Shown: piece after piece, positions 9,976 to 21,650 of the stretch
Numbering within the stretch: the stretch's first letter is position 1
Layout: each line of letters opens with the position of its first letter
Assembly (NCBI GenBank): GCA_902559355.1
Contig: CACEHM010000005.1
Span: 11,755-75,754, forward strand
Direction: 5' to 3'
Source: an uncultured Gammaproteobacteria bacterium
GTDB taxonomy: Bacteria > Pseudomonadota > Gammaproteobacteria > GCA-002705445 > GCA-002716945
Length of the DNA: 64,000 bases
The notes under the pieces: model-generated
Told to the model about the DNA's origin: nothing
The model's database searches: none
Seen by the model: only the letters and a program-made list of their open reading frames with translations
Translations under genes and position numbers: made by a program

Positions 9976-10973
9976 TGACATCTAACTTTAGAGTGCTAGG
10001 GGCTGGAGTTTGGGGACTAGCTTTTTCTGACTATCTATTAAAACTCGGACATAATGTAGAAATCTTTTGTAGAGATACTAATTTAAGTAATAAGAATATT
10101 TCAGGATTAAAATTATCTCATGTATCTGACAAGAACTTAGTGTCTTTGGATACTCTAAATGCTCAAAAATCTAATGGTGAAATTAATATTATTGCAGTCA
10201 ACAGCAAAGGCTTTGGTGAACTTTTAAATGAACATAAAAGTTATTTCAGCACTCTCCATGAATTAGTGTCGCTGACAAAGGGTCTTGACCACATCAGTGG
10301 TAAATACTTCAGTGATTATGTATTTGATATGTTTAGTAATATAAAAAGGTATGGTCTTATATCGGGCCCTTCCTTTGCAAAAGACTTATGTCATGAAAAG
10401 AAAATTAGTGTGTCATTTGCATCTATAGATAATAAACTTTCATATTTAATGGTTGAAGCTACTAAAAGTTCACATTTTGAAATGATTCCTACTACGTATA
10501 TTTACCATATTGAAATAGCTGGGATTATAAAAAATATTGCTGCTATTTTATGCGGAATGGCTGATAAATATTCTAGTAAAGGAATATATTCAAATATGAT
10601 TATTAAAAAAGCTTGTCAGGAAACTTGGCAAAGAGGAATTGAAATATTTAATAAAAATAATAAAAATATTGATCATTTAAATAAAGATAGAAACTCTATT
10701 ATTACATCACCTGGATGCATAGGGGATATGATTTTAACTTGTAAGCAGAATGTATCTCGGAATTATCAGTTTGGAAAATTAATAGCAGACCCAAGTATAA
10801 GTATTGAAGACGCTACGACCATGGTCGGTACAGTCGAAGGTTATGACTGTTGTCTAACTTTAGTAGATAGAACTCAATCAGCTCAAGGTGAATTAACAAG
10901 TTTGCTCTATAAAATTATTAAAGCTGAAAACACGCAGCGCGAGTCCTTACTTAAAGATTTTCTACAAGCCTAA
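9975..10973 (+). CDS. gpsA: NAD(P)H-dependent glycerol-3-phosphate dehydrogenase
   Basis: GAGVWG, TKG, SGPSFA, KNIAAI, GDMILTC, SRNYQFG, VEG; follows secB. Confidence 0.88.
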   Translation: MTSNFRVLGAGVWGLAFSDYLLKLGHNVEIFCRDTNLSNKNISGLKLSHVSDKNLVSLDTLNAQKSNGEINIIAVNSKGFGELLNEHKSYFSTLHELVSLTKGLDHISGKYFSDYVFDMFSNIKRYGLISGPSFAKDLCHEKKISVSFASIDNKLSYLMVEATKSSHFEMIPTTYIYHIEIAGIIKNIAAILCGMADKYSSKGIYSNMIIKKACQETWQRGIEIFNKNNKNIDHLNKDRNSIITSPGCIGDMILTCKQNVSRNYQFGKLIADPSISIEDATTMVGTVEGYDCCLTLVDRTQSAQGELTSLLYKIIKAENTQRESLLKDFLQA

Positions 10974-12365
10974 GTCTTTTATCTTTCTTGTGATTGTGTT
11001 TCTACCAAGTCCAAGAATTTTCGCCGCATCAATTCTTCTACCCTTACTAGCTTTTAGTGCTTCTTGAAGGAGAATCTTCTCTAAATCTTTAGACAAGGTG
11101 GTAAGATCATTTTTATCTTGAAGTACATTTCTTATATGACCAGATAAGGATTCCTCCCAGTTAACTTTAGAGTCTAGCCCATTAGCATGGGGCGATCTCT
11201 CAAGGCTCATATCAATATTTTTAACTTCATCGGGTATATCATCTAGAGTAATACTCGTAGATGGCGCCATAACCGTAATATAACGACATGTGTTCTCAAG
11301 TTGTCTAATATTGCCAGGCCAGTCATATTCATTTAATACTTCCATTGCAGGATCCTCTATATCTTTCTGATCACTTTTAATCTCATCAGCACTTTTCTTT
11401 AGAAAATATTTTACTAGAGAGGGAATATCCTCTTTCCTTTTTCTTAGAGGAGGCAGCTCGATTCTAAATACATTTAAACGATGATATAAATCTTCTCTAA
11501 ACTTTCCAGTCTTTATAAGACTTTCTATATTTTGGTTTGTAGCGGCGATAATTCTTACATCTGATCTAATAGGTTTCTGTCCGCCAACTCTGTAAAATTC
11601 ATGACTAGATAGAACCCTTAAAAGACGTGTTTGTAACTCAGGATGCATATCTCCTATTTCATCAAGAAATAGTGTGCCCCCCAATGCTTGTTCAAACCGA
11701 CCTATCCTTTGGGATTGTGCACCGGTAAATGATCCTTTTTCATGACCAAATAATTCACTTTCTAAAAGCTCATGAGGTATGGCAGCAACATTTATTGCAA
11801 TAAAGGGCTCATTGCTTCTTGAGCTATTTTCATGAACAGACTGCGCTATTAATTCTTTTCCTGTTCCTGATTCGCCTCTAATCAATACCGTAATGTCTGT
11901 TTTAGATATTTTACCTATAGCTTTAAAAACTTCCTGCATGGACTCAGCCTTTCCTACAATTTGACTATTTGATTCTTGCGTAAGATCATTATGTTGAGGT
12001 TTACTAGATTTTGTTGCTTTAATAGCTAGCTTTCTAATTTCATTTATATCGAAAGGCTTTGTAAGATATTCAAACGCCCCTCCTTTGTAAGCTGAAAGGG
12101 CATTGTCGATATTAGCATGTGCTGTAATTATAATAGTTGGAAGATTAGGGAACTTTTCTGAGACCTTATTTAAAAATTCAAGACCAGACATTCCTGGCAT
12201 CTTGATATCAGTGATGATTAGATCAGGTGTAGTTGAGTTCAGCGCTAATAATGCTTCTGACGCGCTGGAAAAAGACTCAACATTGAATAAATCTTCAAGT
12301 GCACTCGTACAAATTGTTCTTATACTCTCTTCATCATCAATTATCCAAACATTATTCATCTTCAT
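10962..12365 (-). CDS. ntrC: nitrogen regulation response regulator NtrC
   Basis: Receiver, AAA+ ([22 protein letters not shown]) and Fis HTH ([11 protein letters not shown]); AGGAG before ATG 12365. Confidence 0.95.
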   Translation of the reverse strand: MKMNNVWIIDDEESIRTICTSALEDLFNVESFSSASEALLALNSTTPDLIITDIKMPGMSGLEFLNKVSEKFPNLPTIIITAHANIDNALSAYKGGAFEYLTKPFDINEIRKLAIKATKSSKPQHNDLTQESNSQIVGKAESMQEVFKAIGKISKTDITVLIRGESGTGKELIAQSVHENSSRSNEPFIAINVAAIPHELLESELFGHEKGSFTGAQSQRIGRFEQALGGTLFLDEIGDMHPELQTRLLRVLSSHEFYRVGGQKPIRSDVRIIAATNQNIESLIKTGKFREDLYHRLNVFRIELPPLRKRKEDIPSLVKYFLKKSADEIKSDQKDIEDPAMEVLNEYDWPGNIRQLENTCRYITVMAPSTSITLDDIPDEVKNIDMSLERSPHANGLDSKVNWEESLSGHIRNVLQDKNDLTTLSKDLEKILLQEALKASKGRRIDAAKILGLGRNTITRKIKDLGL

Positions 12366-13437
12366 AGCTCCTAATAGGAAGTACAATTGTGAATTTTGTC
12401 TCTCGGTGTTTACTTGAGCACTCTATAAGTCCTGAGTTTTGCATTACTATTGATTGTGCTATGGTGAGACCAAGTCCCATTCCATCATTTTTTGTAGTTA
12501 CCATCGGATAAAAAATCTCTTTCAGTTTCTCCTCAGGAATACCTGGGCCATCATCAATAACATCAATTTTAGCTACTAGTTGATATTTCTTGTTTCCTAT
12601 TGTGTAACTAGATTCGGATCTTGTTTTTATTAAAACATTACCTTTATATTTGAGTGCTTGAATTGAGTTTCTAACAAGATTAATCAATGTCTGTATTAAC
12701 TGCTCTTTATTTGTAAGAACATCAGGTATGCTAGGATCATAATCTTTTTCAAAGTGAACTTCTTTATTTTTGAGATCAAACTTAAATAAATCGATAACGT
12801 GTTCTGTAGCTTCATGAAGGTTAATATTCTCTTTTTCTACAGACGTAACAGGCAAGGCCATATCATTTAATAGATTAACTAACCTCCCTGTTTCTTTTTT
12901 GATAATATCTGTAAATTTTTTATATTTATCATCTAAAGACTTCTCCAGAATCTGTGCAGCCCCTAGAATGCCACCTAATGGGTTTTTAATTTCATGAGAT
13001 AATCCTTTTATCATTTCTCTTACAGCTCTTTCTTGTTCAATCAAATTTTGTTCAAGAGATATGCTATGCAACCTTCCAGTTTCTGAGAGTTCAATAAGAG
13101 TAACATTAGCATCATCTATGACGGCTTGAGATATATTACAATCAACAATTTTTTCGTCTCCTTCAAAATTTTTGAATTTAAAGTCTCTAATCATTTTTGA
13201 ATGCTTATTATCACAAACATTTTTAATGTGTATATCTAGAGATTTATGCCCAACTGATGATTTTAGGGTTTTGAGATCAGGAAAATTACTACTGATTCCT
13301 AACATATTCAAAGCTGCGATATTGATAAAAAAATATGTATTATCACTATTCAAGGCAACTACAGCAGTAGACATATTTTCTAATATATCTAGAAGCAGCT
13401 TAGGTTCTAATGAAATTTTGCTTTGTAGTTCCATCAC
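12352..13437 (-). CDS. ntrB: nitrogen regulation sensor kinase NtrB
   Basis: PAS, HEIKNPLGGI, DYDPSIP, DDGPGIP, GMGLGL; between glnA and ntrC. Confidence 0.93.
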   Translation of the reverse strand: MMELQSKISLEPKLLLDILENMSTAVVALNSDNTYFFINIAALNMLGISSNFPDLKTLKSSVGHKSLDIHIKNVCDNKHSKMIRDFKFKNFEGDEKIVDCNISQAVIDDANVTLIELSETGRLHSISLEQNLIEQERAVREMIKGLSHEIKNPLGGILGAAQILEKSLDDKYKKFTDIIKKETGRLVNLLNDMALPVTSVEKENINLHEATEHVIDLFKFDLKNKEVHFEKDYDPSIPDVLTNKEQLIQTLINLVRNSIQALKYKGNVLIKTRSESSYTIGNKKYQLVAKIDVIDDGPGIPEEKLKEIFYPMVTTKNDGMGLGLTIAQSIVMQNSGLIECSSKHRETKFTIVLPIRSYEDE

Positions 13438-13443
13438 ATATTA

Positions 13444-13467
13444 CATACCGCCTTTTGGGGCGGTATG
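13444..13467 (-). terminator. stem-loop downstream of glnA
   Basis: CATACCGCC/GGCGGTATG inverted repeat between the glnA stop and the ntrB start. Confidence 0.6.
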
Positions 13468-13477
13468 ATATTTATAC

Positions 13478-14890
13478 TTATAGACTGTAGTACATCTCAA
13501 ATTCACATGGATGCGTAGATTGTCTTAATCTTTGCACCTCATCCATTTTCAAATCAATGTATGAGTCAATCATTGTATTTGTAAATACATCACCTGCATT
13601 TAAAAATTCCCTATCCTTATCTAAAGCATCCAATGCGATATCTAGACCTGGCGCAACAGTTGGAAGAAGAGCTTCCTCTTCTCGTGATATAGCAAACAAA
13701 TCTTTATCCATAGCAGGACCAGGATCTATTTTATTTTTAATACCATCAAGCCCAGCCATCATCATCGCGGAAAATGCTAAGTATGGATTAGCTGTCGAAT
13801 CTGGGAATCTAACCTCAATACGTCTTGCCTTATCAGACATAACGTATGGGATTCTTATAGAAGCTGATCTATTTCTGGCTGAGTAAGTGAGAATTACAGG
13901 AGCTTCAAATCCAGGTATTAATCTCTTGTAACTATTTGTAGATGCATTAGTGAAAGCATTTAGTGCTCTAGCGTGTTTTATAATACCGCCAATATACCAT
14001 AATGCTTCCTGAGACATATGACCATACATATCACCAGCAAAAATATTTTTACCATCTTTTGAGAGTGACTGGTGAACATGCATACCTGTACCATTATCAC
14101 CAACCACTGGTTTTGGCATAAATGTAGCAGTTTTACCAAATGCATGAGCCACGTTCTGTACAACATATTTATATTTTTGAACTTGATCTGCTTTTTTCAC
14201 AAGTGTATCGAATACTGTTCCAATCTCGCACTGTCCTGCAGTTGCTACTTCATGATGGTGCACTTCACACATAACACCAACTTCATGTAGGGTAGTAATC
14301 ATGGCAGATCTACAATCCTGAAGTGCGTCAACTGGAGGAACTGGAAAGTAACCACCTTTAACAAGAGGCCTATGGCCCATATTGCCGTCCTCATAATCTT
14401 TACCACTATTCCAACATGCTTCAGTTGAGTCTACTTTGAAAAAACAACTGCCTATTTTATCTTCATATTTGACATCATCAAAAACAAAAAATTCATTTTC
14501 TGGTCCAAAATAAGCAGTATCTGCTACACCTGAATCTGTTAGAAACTTTTCAGCTCTTTTTGCAATACCTCTTGGATCTTTTTCATAACTAGAGCCGTCT
14601 TCTGGCTCTATTACATCACATGTGACATTGATAGTAGGTTCATCAAAGAATGGATCAGCAAAAGCTGTTGATGTATCAGGCATTAAAATCATGTCAGACT
14701 CATTAATATCTTTCCATCCGGCTATGGATGATCCATCGAACATCTTGCCTTCTTCACAGTCTGTGGCAATACCATCATCTGAAGCAGTGACTGTTACATG
14801 TTGCTCTTTACCTAAAGTATTGGTAAATCTATAGTCAATGAACTTAGCTTCTTTTTCATCAACCATTTTTTTAATATCATTTGCGCTCAT
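13478..14890 (-). CDS. glnA: glutamine synthetase type I
   Basis: [47 protein letters not shown]; ATG 14890 after GAGGA. Confidence 0.98.
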   Translation of the reverse strand: MSANDIKKMVDEKEAKFIDYRFTNTLGKEQHVTVTASDDGIATDCEEGKMFDGSSIAGWKDINESDMILMPDTSTAFADPFFDEPTINVTCDVIEPEDGSSYEKDPRGIAKRAEKFLTDSGVADTAYFGPENEFFVFDDVKYEDKIGSCFFKVDSTEACWNSGKDYEDGNMGHRPLVKGGYFPVPPVDALQDCRSAMITTLHEVGVMCEVHHHEVATAGQCEIGTVFDTLVKKADQVQKYKYVVQNVAHAFGKTATFMPKPVVGDNGTGMHVHQSLSKDGKNIFAGDMYGHMSQEALWYIGGIIKHARALNAFTNASTNSYKRLIPGFEAPVILTYSARNRSASIRIPYVMSDKARRIEVRFPDSTANPYLAFSAMMMAGLDGIKNKIDPGPAMDKDLFAISREEEALLPTVAPGLDIALDALDKDREFLNAGDVFTNTMIDSYIDLKMDEVQRLRQSTHPCEFEMYYSL

Positions 14891-14930
14891 TTTATTCCTC
14901 ACTAGTGTTTTTCATTCGCAATAACATACA

Positions 14931-14946
14931 TGCATTAATCATGCCA
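14931..14946 (-). promoter_or_regulatory. sigma-54 (-24/-12) promoter of glnA
   Basis: Minus strand reads TGGCATGATTAATGCA with correct GG-N10-GC spacing. Confidence 0.85.
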
Positions 14947-15036
14947 CCTATACACTTAGATTGTTAAAGTAGGTGTTGATGATAATAACACATTGTGCAC
15001 TATAATGTATCATAAAATGTTTATATATAATGCATA

Positions 15037-15066
15037 TGCACTAAATAATTGCATTAATATAGTGCA
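15037..15066. promoter_or_regulatory. overlapping NtrC enhancer sites
   Basis: TGCACTAAATAATTGCA (15037-15053) and TGCATTAATATAGTGCA (15050-15066) resemble TGCAC-N7-GTGCA, about 100 bp upstream of the sigma-54 promoter. Confidence 0.75.
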
Positions 15067-15137
15067 AAATATTATATAAAAAATATATGTGATATTAAAA
15101 TATACAAGTATAATTCCAATATTCACCAGGAGATAAT

Positions 15138-16493
15138 TTGACTCAATATAGCATGGAAGAAATCGTATCTCTTTGCAAAAGAAGAGGTTTCATATTCCAA
15201 TCTAACGAAATTTATGGAGGACTCCAAGGGTTATATGATTATGGACCACTGGGAGTCGAACTTAAAAATAACTTAAAATCAGCTTGGTGGAAATCTATTG
15301 TATATAATAGAGATGATGTTGAGGGGCTCGATACATCTATTCTTACCCACCCTGACGTTCTAAAATATTCAGGACATGAAGACACATTTACTGATCCTCT
15401 TGTGGATTGTAAAAGCTGTGGTCTTAGATTTAGACAAGACCAAGTACCCGATCAGTGTAAAGACGAAGAATTAACTGAGCCCAGGGATTTTAATTTGATG
15501 TTTAAAACAAATGTAGGTCCAGTTGCTGATGACTCATCTCTTGCGTATTTAAGGCCAGAGACGGCACAACAAATTTATATTAACTTCAAAAACGTTTTAG
15601 ATTCAACATCTAGAACTCTTCCTTTCGGTATTGCACAGATTGGAAAATCTTTTAGAAATGAAATTACTCCTAGAAACTTTATATTTAGAGTACGTGAATT
15701 TGAACAAATGGAGTTAGAGTATTTTGTACTTCCTGGGGAAGATGAAGAATGGCATAAGAAATGGATTGAGAATAGAGTCAGTTGGTGGGAAGAGCAAGGT
15801 ATACCATCGGATAAATTAAACCTTCTTGAAGTGACTGGCGATGACTTAGCTCATTACTCTAAATCAACTGTTGATATAATGTATAAGTTTCCGCATGGTG
15901 AAGAGGAACTAGAGGGCATTGCTAATAGGACTGATTTTGATCTTGGTTCACACACAAAAAATCAAAAAGATCTCAATATTACTGCACAAGTTAAAGATAA
16001 TAATGATTCTAACACTCGTTTAGCTATTCAAAATGATGACAATGACTGGATAGTACCATACGTAATTGAACCATCAGCTGGTGTCGATAGAGGTGTATTA
16101 GCTGTTATCTACGAAGCTTACACTGTAGAGGATTTGGGTGACGATAAAAGACGTACCGTTTTGAAATTAAAAAAACATTTAGCACCTATAAAATCTGCTG
16201 TTATTCCTTTGAAAAGGAATAATGATGATCTTGTCAAACTTACCCATACAATTAAATCTTCTTTACAGCAGTACCAAATCGGTAGAGTCGTTGTTGAGAA
16301 TACAGGTAATATTGGTAAAAGTTATAGAAAACATGATGAGATAGGAACGCCACTTTGCATCACAGTTGATTTTGATACTCTTGAAAATAAAACTGTTACG
16401 GTTCGTGATCGTGACACAATGGAACAAAAAACTATTGCTCTTGATGAACTAAATAAATATTTTTTAGATTTCTTTTCTGATGCTAAGTCATAA
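15138..16493 (+). CDS. glyQS: glycine--tRNA ligase, alpha2 (GlyRS-I, archaeal/eukaryote-like) type
   Basis: [47 protein letters not shown]-terminal anticodon domain; TTG start after AGGAG. Confidence 0.93.
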   Translation: MTQYSMEEIVSLCKRRGFIFQSNEIYGGLQGLYDYGPLGVELKNNLKSAWWKSIVYNRDDVEGLDTSILTHPDVLKYSGHEDTFTDPLVDCKSCGLRFRQDQVPDQCKDEELTEPRDFNLMFKTNVGPVADDSSLAYLRPETAQQIYINFKNVLDSTSRTLPFGIAQIGKSFRNEITPRNFIFRVREFEQMELEYFVLPGEDEEWHKKWIENRVSWWEEQGIPSDKLNLLEVTGDDLAHYSKSTVDIMYKFPHGEEELEGIANRTDFDLGSHTKNQKDLNITAQVKDNNDSNTRLAIQNDDNDWIVPYVIEPSAGVDRGVLAVIYEAYTVEDLGDDKRRTVLKLKKHLAPIKSAVIPLKRNNDDLVKLTHTIKSSLQQYQIGRVVVENTGNIGKSYRKHDEIGTPLCITVDFDTLENKTVTVRDRDTMEQKTIALDELNKYFLDFFSDAKS

Positions 16494-17040
16494 ATATATT
16501 ATTTTAGATAGAGATGGTGTTATAAATCATGATTCATCAGCATATATTAAAAATCCTCAAGAATGGAGACCTATAAAGAGGAGCCTTGAAGCAATTAGCT
16601 TGTTAACAAAAAATTCATACAGAATATTAATTTTATCAAATCAAGCGGGCGTAAGCAGAGGTATTATTAAGTATGAAGATCTCATACAGATACATAATAA
16701 ATTCATTTTAAGTTGTCTAGAGATTGGAGGGAAAATATTTCTAACTCACTATTGCTATGATCACCCAGATACAAATTCAACTAAAAGAAAACCACAGCCT
16801 GGTATGTATCTAGAAATTTCAGATCGACTAGGCATTAACCTTTCTGATGTCTTTGCAATTGGTGATTCACCAAAAGATATGATTGCTGCATTATCATCAG
16901 GATGCAAACCATTAGGAGTTAGAACCGGAAATGGCAGTGAGATAAAAGATCAAATGCCTGAAATTAATTTGTTTGATGATCTACTTGATGCCGCTGAATA
17001 TGTAATCGATTATGATAAGCAATATATTCTTAATATCTAG
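16480..17040 (+). CDS. gmhB: D-glycero-beta-D-manno-heptose 1,7-bisphosphate phosphatase
   Basis: [11 protein letters not shown] motif, SNQAG, RKPQPGM, IGDS. Confidence 0.88.
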   Translation: MLSHKYIILDRDGVINHDSSAYIKNPQEWRPIKRSLEAISLLTKNSYRILILSNQAGVSRGIIKYEDLIQIHNKFILSCLEIGGKIFLTHYCYDHPDTNSTKRKPQPGMYLEISDRLGINLSDVFAIGDSPKDMIAALSSGCKPLGVRTGNGSEIKDQMPEINLFDDLLDAAEYVIDYDKQYILNI

Positions 17041-17695
17041 ATCTATTCTATTTTGGATAAATATTGTTTTTTCAGTTCTTATTTTTGGTCCAGTCACTTT
17101 TTTAGTAGGCATCATATCTTACGACCTATGTCTCTATCTTAGTAAACAATGGTGTAGATATAATTTATTATTTTTAAAATATATTTGTTTACTATCATAT
17201 AATTTCGATAATCAAGAAATTAAAACAGCAAAAATGATAATATCAAGACACCAATCAACTTGGGAAACTTTCTTCTTCATGGCCTATATTGATTATCCAA
17301 TTTTTATATTAAAAAAAGAACTTTTAATGATCCCTCTGTTTGGGTGGTGCCTGTATCTATTAAAACATATTTCAATCGATAGGTCTGATGGAGCATCCTC
17401 ACTTAAAAAAATTATGAAATCCTGCGATGAACACATTCAGAAAAACAGAACTATTATTATTTTTCCAGAAGGAACAAGATCTCTTTTTGGAACAAAAGCT
17501 AAACTAAAAAGAGGTGTTTTCAAAATATTAGAGTCTGTTAAAACAAGGTCTCATATAGTCAATCATAATGCTGGTCAGTATTGGAATAATTCTTTCCTCG
17601 TTAGACCTGGAACAATTAATATCAACGTAATATCTCTCGAATACGATCCTAATCTGGACAACCTGAAAAATAAAATACAAAATCATTTCTCTTAA
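17012..17695 (+). CDS. plsC: 1-acyl-sn-glycerol-3-phosphate acyltransferase
   Basis: HQSTWET, KKELLMIPLFGW, IFPEGTR. Confidence 0.9.
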   Translation: MISNIFLISRSILFWINIVFSVLIFGPVTFLVGIISYDLCLYLSKQWCRYNLLFLKYICLLSYNFDNQEIKTAKMIISRHQSTWETFFFMAYIDYPIFILKKELLMIPLFGWCLYLLKHISIDRSDGASSLKKIMKSCDEHIQKNRTIIIFPEGTRSLFGTKAKLKRGVFKILESVKTRSHIVNHNAGQYWNNSFLVRPGTININVISLEYDPNLDNLKNKIQNHFS

Positions 17696-17714
17696 TATTA
17701 AATAAGGTCTAAAA

Positions 17715-18743
17715 CTAAGGAGCAGGATTTGGTTGACTTAAATGAACTTCATTAACTTCTTCCAATATCTCTTCACTAAGGTCTATATTAATTGATTCAA
17801 TATTTTCTTTTAACTGTTCCATTGTAGTTGCACCAATAATATTTGAAGTAACAAATGGTCGAGTATTCACAAATGCTAGCGCAAGATGAGTTAAAGAGAT
17901 ATTATGCTTATCAGCTATCCTAGAATATTTCTTTATAGCATTGAGACAATTCTCGTTACTATAACGGGTAAACCAATCCCCATATAAACCTAGTCTCGTA
18001 TTCTCCTCAGTTTTATTAATATATTTTCCCGTAAGTTGCCCAAAACCAAGTGGTGAGTAGGCTAAAAGACCAATATTTTCATGTTGTGAAATCTCTGCTA
18101 AGCCTACTTCATATATTCTATTTAATAGCGAATATGGATTTTGAATAGTAATGATTTTTTCAAGCTTCGCATCCTTTGCATGCTGAAGATATCTATTGGT
18201 GCCCCACGGTGTCTCATTTGATATCCCAATATGTCTGACTTTACCTGACTTAACTAGAGAAGACATAGCCTCTAAAGTTTCTTCTAGTGAAACTCCCATT
18301 TCATCAGAATACTCATAGCCCAGTCTTCCAAAAAAATTAGACTTTCTTTCAGGCCAATGAACTTGATATAAATCTATATAATCTGTTCGTAATCTTTTAA
18401 GAGAATCTTCTACTGCCTGTAATATGTGCTTTTCACTTAAACGTGAACCACCTCTTAAATATTCCATTCCTGGACCTGCAACCTTAGTAGCAAGTATGAT
18501 TTTATCTCTATCCTTTCTTTTAGAAAGCCAACTACCTATTATTTCTTCTGTCTTACCTTGTGTTTCTTCTCTCGGCGGTATTGCATACATCTCTGCCGTA
18601 TCAATAAAATTAACACCATTGCATGTAGAATAATCTAGTTGTTCATGAGCCTCTTTTTCATTATTCTGTTCACCATATGTCATTGTACCTAAACAAATCA
18701 TACTAACCTCTAGGTCAGTATCTGGAAGTTTTTTATATTTCAT
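17715..18743 (-). CDS. tas: NADP(H)-dependent aldo-keto reductase, Tas-like
   Basis: LGTMTYGEQN, DTAEMY, YQVHWP, IGISNETPWG, YSPL. Confidence 0.88.
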   Translation of the reverse strand: MKYKKLPDTDLEVSMICLGTMTYGEQNNEKEAHEQLDYSTCNGVNFIDTAEMYAIPPREETQGKTEEIIGSWLSKRKDRDKIILATKVAGPGMEYLRGGSRLSEKHILQAVEDSLKRLRTDYIDLYQVHWPERKSNFFGRLGYEYSDEMGVSLEETLEAMSSLVKSGKVRHIGISNETPWGTNRYLQHAKDAKLEKIITIQNPYSLLNRIYEVGLAEISQHENIGLLAYSPLGFGQLTGKYINKTEENTRLGLYGDWFTRYSNENCLNAIKKYSRIADKHNISLTHLALAFVNTRPFVTSNIIGATTMEQLKENIESINIDLSEEILEEVNEVHLSQPNPAP

Positions 18744-18751
18744 TTTTACTC

Positions 18752-20176
18752 CTAGTTTCTGCCATAAATATCCTCGTACCTTATAATATCTTCTTCTGAC
18801 ACCTTTGCACCAGTTTGAACTTCAATAATTTCTAAATTAATATTTTCATTGTTGATTAATTTATGCTTATCTCCCTTAGCAATATAAGTTGATTCATTTT
18901 TTTTTATTTTAAATGATGAATTATTTTTTTTGATTGTTGCTACCCCTTTCAAAACAATCCAATGTTCGTTCCTATATTTATGAGACTGATATGAGAGCTC
19001 AGATTTTGGTTTAACAGTAATTTTCTTTATCTTAGTATTTTTCTCTTGGAAGATTATTTCATACTTACCCCATGGCCTATAGGCTGTAGAATGTTCAATT
19101 AAAATATCTTGATTTATCTTTTTTACTTTCTTTATAAAATCTTTTATAGATGATGGATTATTTTTGTTAATGATTAATAATGCATCTTTCGTATCTACGA
19201 TTATTAAATCCTTAACGCCTAAAAGAGATATGTTCTTATATTTAGCTATTACTGTAGTATTGTAAGTATCTTTTTCAATAACTTCACCTTGGATAATATT
19301 ACCTTTGTTATTTTTCTTATAAATAGAATCTAATGAGTTATATTCTCCAAGATCAGACCATTTTGTTTTTAATTCTATTAATTTAACTTTGAGGCCAATA
19401 GATATTGCTTTTTCAATTACAGCATAATCAATTGACTTTGAAGATGATTTAGAAAAACTTAGCCTATCTGGGCGTTCAAATAAACCATCAGTCGTTTTCT
19501 TTTTCCATGATTTTTCAATACTCTTATAGATTAATTTATTTGTTATGCTTATTGCATTCAGCCAAGTTTTTGACTTAAGTATAAATATGCCTGAATTCCA
19601 TAAGCTATTCCCATTTGAAATTAATTCTTGAGCTAAATTATAATCCGGCTTTTCTACAAACCTCGTTACGTCTTTAATAGTTTGATTTCCTGTATATGTA
19701 ATGTAACCATAAGAGCTTTGATTACTTTTTGGTTTGGTACCGAGCAAAAATATACAATGATCATCGAGATGTCTTACGCCTTTATGTATTGAACTTATAA
19801 GTATTTTATCATTTTTTATGTAATGGTCTGATGGCAACACAACCAAATTTGAATTCACCGCTGCAAAAGATGCCAAAGTAAGGGATGGTGCTGTATTTAA
19901 TGAAATAGGTTCTAAGATAAGCCTGAATTTTAAATTATTATTTAATTTTTCAAGTTGTTGTAGCACCAGGTAGCGGTACTCTTCATTCGTAACAATTAAC
20001 ACCTCTTTGATTTTAATAAATTTATTATTAAGTGATTCAATTCTGTTAAAGGTTTTCTGAAATAATGTAAAATCATCATCTAAATCAACAAATTGTTTTG
20101 GATAATTTGTCCGCGATAGTGGCCACAATCTAGTTCCACATCCTCCGCATAATATCACCGGTGTAATCGTAATCAT
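18752..20176 (-). CDS. manC: mannose-1-phosphate guanylyltransferase/mannose-6-phosphate isomerase
   Basis: GGCGTRLWPLSR..PKQF, NTAP, PSDH, FVEKP, WNSG, SIDYA, C-terminal RPWG cupin. Confidence 0.92.
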   Translation of the reverse strand: MITITPVILCGGCGTRLWPLSRTNYPKQFVDLDDDFTLFQKTFNRIESLNNKFIKIKEVLIVTNEEYRYLVLQQLEKLNNNLKFRLILEPISLNTAPSLTLASFAAVNSNLVVLPSDHYIKNDKILISSIHKGVRHLDDHCIFLLGTKPKSNQSSYGYITYTGNQTIKDVTRFVEKPDYNLAQELISNGNSLWNSGIFILKSKTWLNAISITNKLIYKSIEKSWKKKTTDGLFERPDRLSFSKSSSKSIDYAVIEKAISIGLKVKLIELKTKWSDLGEYNSLDSIYKKNNKGNIIQGEVIEKDTYNTTVIAKYKNISLLGVKDLIIVDTKDALLIINKNNPSSIKDFIKKVKKINQDILIEHSTAYRPWGKYEIIFQEKNTKIKKITVKPKSELSYQSHKYRNEHWIVLKGVATIKKNNSSFKIKKNESTYIAKGDKHKLINNENINLEIIEVQTGAKVSEEDIIRYEDIYGRN

Positions 20177-20237
20177 AGTTAGGGACTCTTGAACCTACAG
20201 ATCATATACCTGCCAACTCACTTGTAAATTTTCCATT

Positions 20238-21650
20238 ATGTTTATATTATACCCACTTAACAGGTTCTATGAGGATTTACGTATCAACTACTTAATCTAT
20301 ATCCAGTCTTTATTTCTAAATTTTACTTCATGGCTACCTGATGCCACTTCTAAACAGACCTATATTACACGTGATATTATTGCAGGTACTACCATCGCGA
20401 TGATAATTATCCCTCAATCAATGGCTTATGCAACACTAGCGAATCTTGATCCTGTCTATGGCCTTTATGCATCCTTTATTCCTGTAGCAATAGCTGCTTT
20501 TTTTGGATCATCAAGATATTTAGCTACCGGTCCAGTAGCAATGGTAAGCCTATTAACCGCTGTAGCTATTACCTCACTATCATTAGGTGACGAATCACTT
20601 TATGTACCTCTTGCAATTATGCTAGCCCTCAGTGTAGGCGTTTTTCAAATAACTCTTTCTATGGTCAAAGCTGGAAAATTAATAGACATTGTTTTGAAAG
20701 AACATGTCATTCTTGGTTTTACATCTGCTGCAGCACTAATTATTGCGAGTTCTCAGCTAAGTAAGATTTTTGGTTTAAATAAAGTCTCCTTTGATGATTT
20801 ATTAAGTATAAATAGCTTATTGAATAATACGCCTATTAATTCATACTCAGTATTGATGTCACTGGTGGCACTATTAATTTTATATGTCTTTAAAAATAAA
20901 TTAACGAAGTATCAATTCTTTGGGAATATTGCTGTTTTATCTGCCGTTGTTGTGACGATATTACTTTCAAAAAGTATAAGCTACAAAGGCCCAATAGTGG
21001 GAGTTATTCCAAATGGTTTACCAAGCTTCTCTTTACCAGGAATAAATATAAGTCCAGAGGTTGTATTCATGTTTATAATTCACACTGTTATTATTAGTTT
21101 CGTTGGTTTTATGGAAGCGATAGCTATTGCAAGGCAGTTAGAGCAGAAGGAGCCGGTCAAAAATTCTAAGGGTGTTGAATTATATAAATACCCAACGCCG
21201 GTAAATTCTAACCAAGAATTATTTGGTCAAGGTTTAGGAAATATTGCTTCGAGTATTTCCGGAGCCTATCCTGTATCAGGATCATTTTCTCGATCAGCTG
21301 TAAATGAATCTGTTGGTTCTTATAGTCCCATATCTTCAATTACTACAATGCTCATTGTTATGGCAACGTTGCTGTATGCAACACCATTACTTTTTAACTT
21401 ACCACAATCTACATTAGGCATTATAGTTATTTTTGCAGTTGTTCCTCTTATTAGAATTAATAAGATGAGATCTCTTTTTAGTAGTGATAAACAAAAAGGA
21501 AGTGTTACATGGATAACTTTTTTAAGTACTCTAATATTTCCTATTCTATCAATTGAAATATTTTCTGGAATCAATACTCATATCTGGACAGGTATCATAT
21601 TTGGCTTTTTATTATCATTAATTATAGAACGCAAACCATCTACTGTTTAA
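20238..21650 (+). CDS. SulP/SLC26-family anion transporter lacking a STAS domain
   Basis: DIIAG...IPQSMAYA, YGLY, GSS...GP, NQELFGQG, GSFSRSA; ends directly after the last TM; start uncertain. Confidence 0.85.
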   Translation: MFILYPLNRFYEDLRINYLIYIQSLFLNFTSWLPDATSKQTYITRDIIAGTTIAMIIIPQSMAYATLANLDPVYGLYASFIPVAIAAFFGSSRYLATGPVAMVSLLTAVAITSLSLGDESLYVPLAIMLALSVGVFQITLSMVKAGKLIDIVLKEHVILGFTSAAALIIASSQLSKIFGLNKVSFDDLLSINSLLNNTPINSYSVLMSLVALLILYVFKNKLTKYQFFGNIAVLSAVVVTILLSKSISYKGPIVGVIPNGLPSFSLPGINISPEVVFMFIIHTVIISFVGFMEAIAIARQLEQKEPVKNSKGVELYKYPTPVNSNQELFGQGLGNIASSISGAYPVSGSFSRSAVNESVGSYSPISSITTMLIVMATLLYATPLLFNLPQSTLGIIVIFAVVPLIRINKMRSLFSSDKQKGSVTWITFLSTLIFPILSIEIFSGINTHIWTGIIFGFLLSLIIERKPSTV

